10,351 nt of DNA from a virus (lineage: Duplodnaviria; Heunggongvirae; Uroviricota; Caudoviricetes): the IMG/VR virus record IMGVR_UViG_3300032605_000010. One strand, 5' to 3'. Shown piece by piece: positions 1-5,395 of this stretch. The position numbers and the translations under genes are program-made. The notes beneath the pieces were generated by a model. The model was not told the DNA's origin and searched no databases. It saw only the letters and a program-made list of their open reading frames with translations. The first letter of the stretch is position 1, and each line of letters starts with the position of its first letter.

Positions 1-205
1 TACCAGAGGGGATGTAAACATCCCAATATGAGTCAAATTAGACTCAAAACGAGACCACTGCACCTCGTGAGAGAGAACAAGATACAATGGCTCAGGTTTT
101 GCAAGAAAACATCTGGAGAGAGTCAGGTGTCCTCTTGCTATAAAAACTGGAGCAAATATCATAAGGAGAGAGACTTAATCAATAGCTCAACAGTTAATTA
201 TTCAG

Positions 206-1165
206 TTACTTTAGCATAACAGTTTTTGCTAATTTTTTCCAATCATTTCTATTCATGGTATAAAGAACAGCCAATTTTTCAACAGCCCTTAGAGATAATT
301 CTTTCATTTTATCAGAATTTTCCTCAATAAAGTTAATCAATATTTGATCTTCTTCAGGAGAAATGCCTTTATCCCTAAGCATACCTTTATTAACTGTTTG
401 TTTAATTTTCGTAATAAATTCCCGTTTGGTTTTAATTTTCATGTCCAACACTAGAGAACGTGATTCAAGAGCCGAAAGGTGAGGAGCATATTTTGTGTTA
501 CCATTCGCCATTTCAGAGAAATTAAGGTTAGTCAAGAAAATAATATTGCCTTCATATTGAAAGTATCTAGGAATTTGTTCACCAAAGTCATCAAAGAATT
601 CTTTCTCAGAACCCCAACCAATTGTTCTAGATGGTTTTAATTCTAATGCAGCTTTTAATAAATTCAAAGCAACTTCATCACCAAAGATGGCATCAGAATC
701 ATCAATAACAATTGTTTGACCAAGTAATTTATTTTCCCATAAGAGACGGAAAAGACCAGTGGCTTTAAGAAAACCTCTATGAAAGATATAACCAAACTCC
801 GAACCATTATTGATTTGGTTTAAGATTTTATTTACTTCATACGACTTACCTAATCCTGGAGCACCAGAACAAATAAGACTGTTCACTTTATTTGCCGCCA
901 CTGCTTCTACAAGTGTATCAAGGGTTGTATAGGTATCTTCAATCCTTTGATTAAGGTCTGCATCTGATTCTTCAATCATAGGAGAATCAATTTCCAGATC
1001 AACAGAAAATTTAAACACACCACGTTTCAGGGCATTTTGTTGATTACAGATGTGATTAGGATAGGTTGTTTGGTATTTAGAGACAACATCATTAATTTGT
1101 CGTCTAGTGATATAACCAAGTTCAGCAACTTCAGGAAACATTTCAACAGCATTCAATTCAAACAT
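206..1165 (-). CDS. AAA-type P-loop ATPase (319 aa)
   Basis: Walker A CSGAPGLGKS, Walker B IVIDDSD, IIFLTN sensor-like strand, ALESR arginine-finger-like motif. Start moved from the track TTG at 1183, which lies inside the cassette leader, to ATG at 1165 after GAGAGAG. Confidence 0.85.
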   Translation of the reverse strand: MFELNAVEMFPEVAELGYITRRQINDVVSKYQTTYPNHICNQQNALKRGVFKFSVDLEIDSPMIEESDADLNQRIEDTYTTLDTLVEAVAANKVNSLICSGAPGLGKSYEVNKILNQINNGSEFGYIFHRGFLKATGLFRLLWENKLLGQTIVIDDSDAIFGDEVALNLLKAALELKPSRTIGWGSEKEFFDDFGEQIPRYFQYEGNIIFLTNLNFSEMANGNTKYAPHLSALESRSLVLDMKIKTKREFITKIKQTVNKGMLRDKGISPEEDQILINFIEENSDKMKELSLRAVEKLAVLYTMNRNDWKKLAKTVMLK

Positions 1166-1231
1166 AAATTCTCTCTCTATCAATTTAGTATATCTTATTA
1201 TAATATTATTGGTTTAAAGTGTCAAGCACTT
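1166..1231 (-). promoter_or_regulatory. Cassette C1: sigma70-type promoter + leader + RBS
   Basis: AAGTGC-TTGACA (1220-1225), 17 bp, TATAAT (1197-1202), GAGAGAG, ATG. Confidence 0.9.
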
Positions 1232-1240
1232 TGTTGCACT

Positions 1241-1423
1241 TTATGCGAGTTTTTCTACTGAAAGAATATCAACATTACCTAATCTGAATAATGCAATCTC
1301 TTTTGCTTCTTCAGCAGTAAATGCCTTAACATAATCATATTTTACTTCAATTTCTTTTTTAAAGAAGTAATCATATGCTTCATATACAACTTCAAACTCT
1401 TTTAGTTTAGACCAATCGATCAT
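1241..1423 (-). CDS. hypothetical protein (60 aa)
   Basis: GGGAGAG RBS inside the end of the upstream ORF; ends just before cassette C1. Confidence 0.75.
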   Translation of the reverse strand: MIDWSKLKEFEVVYEAYDYFFKKEIEVKYDYVKAFTAEEAKEIALFRLGNVDILSVEKLA

Positions 1424-1424
1424 C

Positions 1425-1544
1425 TTACTCTCCCAAACCCAAATAATAATTAGTTAAGATTTGTTTCAATTTGTATTGGATGTAATAAACTACACCGAAA
1501 CCAACAAAGATTATTCCTAAAGACACATAACTAGCTATACTCAT
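1425..1544 (-). CDS. small membrane peptide (39 aa, MSIASYVSLGIIFVGFGVVYYIQYKLKQILTNYYLGLGE)
   Basis: ATG directly after cassette C2 RBS; one hydrophobic stretch; stop 1 nt before the next ATG. Not in the ORF track. Confidence 0.7.
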   Translation of the reverse strand: MSIASYVSLGIIFVGFGVVYYIQYKLKQILTNYYLGLGE

Positions 1545-1612
1545 TTTAATTCTCTCTCTATCAATTTAGTATAAGTTATTATACCTTAACGAATAGAAAG
1601 AATCAAGCACTT
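1545..1612 (-). promoter_or_regulatory. Cassette C2
   Basis: TTGATT (1601-1606), 17 bp, TATAAT (1578-1583), GA-rich RBS. Confidence 0.9.
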
Positions 1613-1627
1613 TGTTGCTCTTTTATT

Positions 1628-1703
1628 TGGAGCCACTGAGAGAACTCGAATCCCCAACCTTCTGATTACAAATCAGACGCACTACCAATTGTGCTACAGT
1701 GGC
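1628..1703 (-). tRNA. trnT: tRNA-Thr(UGU), CCA encoded
   Basis: 76-nt cloverleaf: GCCACTG/CAGTGGC, D stem GCAC/GTGC, TCTGA-TTTGTAA-TCAGA, T loop TTCGAGT. T stem is weak (A53-U61, two G-U pairs). Confidence 0.9.
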
Positions 1704-1706
1704 AAA

Positions 1707-1870
1707 TTAAATAAGTTATTGTTCTCAATCGAAGTCGAACCGATGTTTCTCAACTAGAGTGTCCTAGCCCAAACTAGACGACAGAAATAAATCTCCGATG
1801 GGATTTGAACCCATGTTTCTCAATTAGAGCGTCCTAAGCCTCTAGACGATAAGAGGAATAACTTATTTAA
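1707..1870 (-). ncRNA. candidate ncRNA: two tandem tRNA-Glu-like domains with shortened anticodon arms inside a 14-bp closing stem
   Basis: Inverted repeat TTAAATAAGTTATT at 1707-1720/1857-1870; two units with GTCT..GGAC D arm, CTC-5nt-GAG mini arm and 5-bp T arm; dedicated upstream promoter. Confidence 0.6.
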
Positions 1871-1873
1871 ATT

Positions 1874-1907
1874 ATTATACTTTAATCAGATGTATTTGTT
1901 AACCACT
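1874..1907 (-). promoter_or_regulatory. promoter without RBS module upstream of the candidate ncRNA
   Basis: AAGTGG-TTAACA (1897-1902), 17 bp, TATAAT (1874-1879); predicted start near 1867. Confidence 0.65.
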
Positions 1908-2053
1908 TTTTTACATCTTTTATAAACTTTTTTCGATTCGAACACTTTCGGTTTGTTATATTTCCAAGCATGTCAAGATGTTAATTGAATCATAAAACAG
2001 GCTTTAACAGCATCAAGGTCTGTTTTGTGAGTCTTTTTCTTTAAAAACGTCAA
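1886..2053 (-). pseudogene. possible interrupted small basic protein
   Basis: GAGAGA then TTG at 2053 (only 3 nt spacing); in-frame TGA at 1973-1975 followed by HAWKYNKPKVFESKKVYKRCKK. Confidence 0.3.
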
Positions 2054-2081
2054 AGTTCTCTCTTTGGGTATTGCTGTTTAA

Positions 2082-2243
2082 TTATACAACTTCTCTTTCT
2101 ATATAATAGAATTCAGACTCATACCTTCACTGTGAAAAAGTATATGCGGTCTGCTCATCTTCAAAAGTACCTGCGATTTTTGGTTCTTCCATGTAAGAAT
2201 CATCATAATACATTACATTATAAACATATTTCTCTTTATTCAT
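2082..2243 (-). pseudogene. cassette C3 gene with in-frame TGA (38 aa, or 53 aa with readthrough)
   Basis: MNKEKYVYNVMYYDDSYMEEPKIAGTFEDEQTAYTFSQ*RYESEFYYIEREVV*; TGA at 2127-2129. Confidence 0.55.
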
Positions 2244-2313
2244 ATTATATAATTCTCTCTATCAATTAAGTATAAGTTATTATATATAAGATAGAGAGAA
2301 ATATCAAGCACTT
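2244..2313 (-). promoter_or_regulatory. Cassette C3
   Basis: TTGATA (2302-2307), 17 bp, TATAAT (2279-2284). Confidence 0.9.
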
Positions 2314-2325
2314 TGTTTAAAAAAA

Positions 2326-2400
2326 TTAGAGAGCAAATTTGAGGACTCTTACCCCATCTTTTAATCCAAGCCTAAACACCAACTTGGAGATGCTTTCTAA
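2326..2400 (-). ncRNA. candidate 75-nt structured RNA, copy 1 (3' of tRNA-Met)
   Basis: Closing stem TTAGAAAGCA/TGCTCTCTAA, hairpin TCCAAG/CTTGGA, T-arm-like TGGGG-TAAGAGT-CCTCA; paralog at 2501-2576. Confidence 0.5.
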
Positions 2401-2420
2401 TGGTTGATCAGACCAACATT

Positions 2421-2495
2421 TGGTAGCAGGAGTTGGATTTGAACCAACGATCTTTGGCTTATGAGACCAACGAGATACCACTTCTCCATCCTGCG
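2421..2495 (-). tRNA. trnM: tRNA-Met(CAU), initiator (fMet)-type, CCA encoded
   Basis: 75-nt cloverleaf; unpaired C1/U72; A11-U24; anticodon arm TTGGT-CTCATAA-GCCAA; T arm GTTGG-TTCAAAT-CCAAC. Confidence 0.9.
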
Positions 2496-2500
2496 ATAAA

Positions 2501-2576
2501 TTAGAGAGCAAATTTGAGGACTCTTACCCCATCTTTTACCTAGACAATTAACCCCAAATCTAGTAATGTTTTCTAA
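2501..2576 (-). ncRNA. candidate 76-nt structured RNA, copy 2 (3' of the tRNA-Gln fragment)
   Basis: Same flanks as 2326-2400; the middle hairpin has a different sequence but still pairs (CTAGA/TCTAG). Confidence 0.5.
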
Positions 2577-2596
2577 TGGTTGATCAGACCAACATT

Positions 2597-2645
2597 TGAA
2601 GTTCCTACAGGATTCGAACCCATAATACCACAGTCAAAGTGTAGT
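2597..2645 (-). pseudogene. 3' half of tRNA-Gln(UUG)
   Basis: CTACA-CTTTGAC-TGTGG anticodon arm, ATGGG-TTCGAAT-CCTGT T arm, 3' acceptor strand AGGAACT-TCA; no 5' acceptor strand or D arm. Confidence 0.7.
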
Positions 2646-2653
2646 ATGTGTAT

Positions 2654-2686
2654 ATTATACTATCGGTATTACCAAATATCAACCAT
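2654..2686 (-). promoter_or_regulatory. promoter occupying the place of the tRNA-Gln 5' half
   Basis: TTGATA (2677-2682), 17 bp, TATAAT (2654-2659); the -35 overlaps the TGA stop of 2679..2933. Confidence 0.7.
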
Positions 2687-2933
2687 TGATTAAACTATTT
2701 TCAACAAGTTTAACATCTTTATGCATCACGTAAAATGAATCTGGAAATTCACTAAACGAAATCGCATAAACTTTTGACACACTTTTTTCTTCATTTTTTA
2801 TCAACACATCATAATTGTCAACTCTAACATTGGCAATGGTATCGATAATCGGTTCAAAACCACCAAAATCATATTCAACTTCTAAACCTTTAACACTGTT
2901 AATATCTTGTTTCATCATTTCTAATACAGTCAT
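2679..2933 (-). CDS. hypothetical protein (84 aa)
   Basis: ATG directly after cassette C4 RBS. Confidence 0.8.
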   Translation of the reverse strand: MTVLEMMKQDINSVKGLEVEYDFGGFEPIIDTIANVRVDNYDVLIKNEEKSVSKVYAISFSEFPDSFYVMHKDVKLVENSLING

Positions 2934-3000
2934 TTTAATTCTCTCTCAATTTCAAAGTATAAGTTATTATACCTTAACGATTAGAAAGAATCAAGCACTT
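2934..3000 (-). promoter_or_regulatory. Cassette C4
   Basis: TTGATT (2989-2994), 17 bp, TATAAT (2966-2971); spacer 16/17 identical to C2. Confidence 0.9.
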
Positions 3001-3015
3001 TGTTGCAGTTTTATT

Positions 3016-3090
3016 TGGAGCCACTCCACAGAATCAAACTGCGATCTAGAGATTACAAATCAGACGCACTACCAATTGTGCTACAGTGGC
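3016..3090 (-). pseudogene. chimeric/degenerate tRNA-Thr(UGU)
   Basis: First 40 nt and last 10 nt identical to 1628-1703; middle replaced; anticodon stem reduced to 2 bp; different intact T stem CGCAG/CTGTG; G7.G66 mismatch. Confidence 0.75.
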
Positions 3091-3093
3091 AAA

Positions 3094-3254
3094 TTAAATT
3101 ATAAAGACTGTAGGAATTGAACCTAACATAGAGACAGACCAAGCCACAACCAATGGTTATTTTTAAGTAGGAGAATTGAACTCCTTCGCAGGTCCTAGGG
3201 CTCCACTTTAACCAAAATAATCCTAAAAATAAAACATCAATCTTTATAATTTAA
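3094..3254 (-). ncRNA. candidate ncRNA: two T-arm domains inside a 16-bp closing stem
   Basis: Inverted repeat 3094-3109/3239-3254; T arms AGGAG-TTCAATT-CTCCT (3169-3185) and TAGG-TTCAATT-CCTA (3111-3125); same position relative to tRNA-Thr as 1707-1870. Confidence 0.5.
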
Positions 3255-3324
3255 ATTGCCCTCTTCGACTATGTATCCATAATCCTATCGACTTTAGGCT
3301 TTGCCGTTTTCCTAATTTTGGATG

Positions 3325-3438
3325 TTAATTTCCTATTAAAGAAACTAATATAACAGTCACAATAAATAACTGCCCGATTATATTCATTGGTAAAGTTACA
3401 ACAAATTCTTTTGGCTGCCTTACTTTATAATCTTTCAT
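3325..3438 (-). CDS. small membrane peptide (37 aa, MKDYKVRQPKEFVVTLPMNIIGQLFIVTVILVSLIGN)
   Basis: ATG after cassette C5 RBS; hydrophobic C-terminal stretch. Not in the ORF track. Confidence 0.65.
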   Translation of the reverse strand: MKDYKVRQPKEFVVTLPMNIIGQLFIVTVILVSLIGN

Positions 3439-3506
3439 TTTATTTCTCTCTCTATCAATTAAGTATAAGTTATTATATATAAGATAGAGAGAAATATCAA
3501 GCACTT
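3439..3506 (-). promoter_or_regulatory. Cassette C5
   Basis: TTGATA (3495-3500), 17 bp, TATAAT (3472-3477); spacer identical to C3. Confidence 0.9.
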
Positions 3507-3528
3507 CTGTATTTAATATAAAGATAAT

Positions 3529-3999
3529 TTATGCTGCTTCTTCCTCTTCGTAAAGTGCCATATTTTCAGAGATGGCAAAACAATCATCAATTTCTTTGGG
3601 GATATTTTCTTCCACCCAATTAGAATCACCTTGGATACTGTATTCATCTTCCTCACCATCCTTGAATGCCCCACAGAAGCCAATACCGCCTTCGTAATAA
3701 AAAGCTGTAACAGTAAACCCAAGTTCCTCAAGTTTTTGGTATCCTTCTATTGGAGGGCTCCAAGCTGAATCAAAATACACCCCGACTGAAGTATCTGTTT
3801 GTTCATAAATATATGCTTCTACAACGTCCCATTTGGTTCCCCAATTTTCCACTACGAAGCCATATTCCGATTCACAATCAGCTGGGATAGGTATAAATTC
3901 ACGAAGGAAACTATCGTTCTCCAAGGCTGCCACAGCTCTTTGGATCATAATTGGATCATCATGTTCTAAACGTAAATCATTTGAGCACCAATTAGGCAT
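3529..3999 (-). CDS. DUF1281/YubB ferredoxin-like family protein (156 aa)
   Basis: Motifs MPNWCSN, ENWGTKW, FDSAWSPP, YYEGG recognised from memory; AAGGAG RBS. Confidence 0.75.
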   Translation of the reverse strand: MPNWCSNDLRLEHDDPIMIQRAVAALENDSFLREFIPIPADCESEYGFVVENWGTKWDVVEAYIYEQTDTSVGVYFDSAWSPPIEGYQKLEELGFTVTAFYYEGGIGFCGAFKDGEEDEYSIQGDSNWVEENIPKEIDDCFAISENMALYEEEEAA

Positions 4000-4000
4000 C

Positions 4001-4111
4001 TTATTCTCCTTTCAATTTAGATTCAACAAAGTCAACCACATCAACAACTGTTAAGGTAAATAACCAGAACAAACAACCTAAAACTACGAAGTATTGGATA
4101 AATTCTAACAT
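4001..4111 (-). CDS. small membrane peptide (36 aa, MLEFIQYFVVLGCLFWLFTLTVVDVVDFVESKLKGE)
   Basis: ATG after cassette C6 RBS; its last codons supply the RBS of the next gene. Not in the ORF track. Confidence 0.7.
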   Translation of the reverse strand: MLEFIQYFVVLGCLFWLFTLTVVDVVDFVESKLKGE

Positions 4112-4175
4112 TTTATTTCTCTCTCAATTAAGTATAAGTTATTATAATCTAAGTGCTTAGAAGAATCAAGCACTT
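4112..4175 (-). promoter_or_regulatory. Cassette C6
   Basis: TTGATT (4164-4169), 17 bp, TATAAT (4141-4146). Confidence 0.9.
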
Positions 4176-4375
4176 TAAGCAAATATTTCTTTACTAAGAA
4201 TTTCTTCTTCTACAGTTTTGTGACAAGCATTTAACATCAACAATGCTACTTGGGTCGCAATACATCTTTCTTGTCCAGAAAGTGTCTTGGTATATTCAAG
4301 AACTTCATCGATGCTTTGGGTTGAGAATAAATCAAATTTTGGAATTGGATTTGGAACAGGTCTATTATCAATCAT
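4175..4375 (-). CDS. hypothetical protein (66 aa)
   Basis: ATG after C7 RBS; TAA stop abuts the AAGTGC of C6. Confidence 0.8.
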   Translation of the reverse strand: MIDNRPVPNPIPKFDLFSTQSIDEVLEYTKTLSGQERCIATQVALLMLNACHKTVEEEILSKEIFA

Positions 4376-4442
4376 TTTTTTCTCTCTCTATCAATTAAGT
4401 ATAAGTTATTATAACCGATACAGATTTAAAGATCAAGCACTT
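4376..4442 (-). promoter_or_regulatory. Cassette C7
   Basis: TTGATC (4431-4436), 17 bp, TATAAT (4408-4413). Confidence 0.9.
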
Positions 4443-4675
4443 TCAATAATATCTAATTGGATATTAACACCATCATATCTACCACCGATACCTAGGATCG
4501 TTTCAGTACGATTTTTGTATTCTAAACCAATCAATAAATTGTTTACATTTATGTTAAATTTACCATTCTGGCCTGTACCCTCGCGGATTTGTTTGACAGT
4601 GGTGTAAAATGATCCACCGATATCAGCCAATACGATTTTCACTTTAGTGCTAGGTTTAAATTTAAATTCTTTCAT
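4433..4675 (-). CDS. hypothetical protein (80 aa)
   Basis: ATG after C8 RBS; ends AGT GCT TGA inside the C7 -35. Confidence 0.8.
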   Translation of the reverse strand: MKEFKFKPSTKVKIVLADIGGSFYTTVKQIREGTGQNGKFNINVNNLLIGLEYKNRTETILGIGGRYDGVNIQLDIIESA

Positions 4676-4743
4676 TACGATTCTCTCTCTATCAATTAAG
4701 TATAAGTTATTATAACCGATATAGATTTAAAAATCAAGCACTT
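4676..4743 (-). promoter_or_regulatory. Cassette C8
   Basis: TTGATT (4732-4737), 17 bp, TATAAT (4709-4714); spacer 16/17 identical to C7. Confidence 0.9.
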
Positions 4744-4749
4744 TAAGAA

Positions 4750-4959
4750 TTATTTTGTTGAATAATGAACAGGTCTTTCGTATGATCCTGTTGATGATCT
4801 ATACACACTTACATATCTAAAGTCTTCAGCAATAAAGCTCTCGGTTTGATCACGGTCTATGTTCAACCCTAATGGCCAAACCTCAACCAATCCTTCTGAT
4901 TCTAATGCATCATTAAGGGTCGGGAACCAATTATTTTTTACTTCATATCTTCTTTTCAT
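4750..4959 (-). CDS. hypothetical protein (69 aa)
   Basis: Start moved to ATG 4959 after GGAGAGG; the track TTG start lies inside the C9 leader. Confidence 0.8.
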   Translation of the reverse strand: MKRRYEVKNNWFPTLNDALESEGLVEVWPLGLNIDRDQTESFIAEDFRYVSVYRSSTGSYERPVHYSTK

Positions 4960-5022
4960 CTTTCCTCTCCAATTCAAATTATAAGTTATTATAAATTAAT
5001 AGGAAAATAATGTCAAGCACTT
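4960..5022 (-). promoter_or_regulatory. Cassette C9
   Basis: TTGACA (5011-5016), 17 bp, TATAAT (4988-4993). Confidence 0.9.
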
Positions 5023-5053
5023 CGTAGCACTTCGTAGCACTTCGTAGCACTTC
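5016..5053. repeat. 10-bp tandem repeat AGCACTTCGT x3.8
   Basis: Directly visible; it amplifies the AAGTGCT element upstream of the C9 -35. Confidence 0.95.
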
Positions 5054-5395
5054 TTAAATCTTATACAGAGCAGAATACCAACTTGTGCATTGCTCGGTAT
5101 ACAAACCCACAGCTTCTAATGCTTCGCTCATCTTATTAATAAGTTCATAATTATAATTATCATAACTGAAATAATCACCTACAGATCCACCATCATGACA
5201 GATGATTAATTCTGAATGAGTACCATAATCTTCTTTTCGTTCTCTCCATCTTACAGGAGAATAAAAGGTTGTACATCCACCTGTATCGATTATTTTTTCT
5301 TCCATTACTTCCATAATGGTTTTATATGCAAGTTTCCCAACATCGGAAAGGTGTTCTGGCATTTGAGTATCTTCGGGTGAATAATTATTAAACAT
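5054..5395 (-). CDS. hypothetical protein (113 aa)
   Basis: ATG after C10 RBS; GGC..FYSP..W and HDGG segments look conserved but the family is not recognised. Confidence 0.85.
   Translation of the reverse strand: MFNNYSPEDTQMPEHLSDVGKLAYKTIMEVMEEKIIDTGGCTTFYSPVRWRERKEDYGTHSELIICHDGGSVGDYFSYDNYNYELINKMSEALEAVGLYTEQCTSWYSALYKI

Noticed and set aside
28-219. Track ORF 28..219 (+)
   Set aside because: The frame is open from the window edge and could be the tail of a convergent gene, but there is no RBS at 28, no recognisable motif, and it overlaps the ATPase stop. It cannot be called from this window.
1971-1976. Promoter at TTGACA (minus strand)
   Set aside because: There is no -10 hexamer at 16-18 bp spacing.
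1886-2243. Genome-wide TGA recoding (code 4/25)
   Set aside because: The long ORFs are open under the standard code, so their Trp codons are TGG. TGA acts as a well-placed stop at 4433 and 6675. Readthrough at 1886 would run into the candidate ncRNA.
2326-2511. Track ORF 2326..2511 (-)
   Set aside because: It overlaps tRNA-Met and the structured repeats entirely and has no RBS.
3191-3204. Amber suppressor tRNA (CUA at 3196-3198)
   Set aside because: CTA sits in a small loop, but a 5-bp stem with 7-nt loop cannot be formed, the D arm is poor and there is no CCA.
3270-3324. c-di-GMP-I riboswitch (GGCAAAGCC)
   Set aside because: Only a short motif matches; the P1/P2 arrangement with GAAA tetraloop and receptor is absent, and there is no downstream gene.
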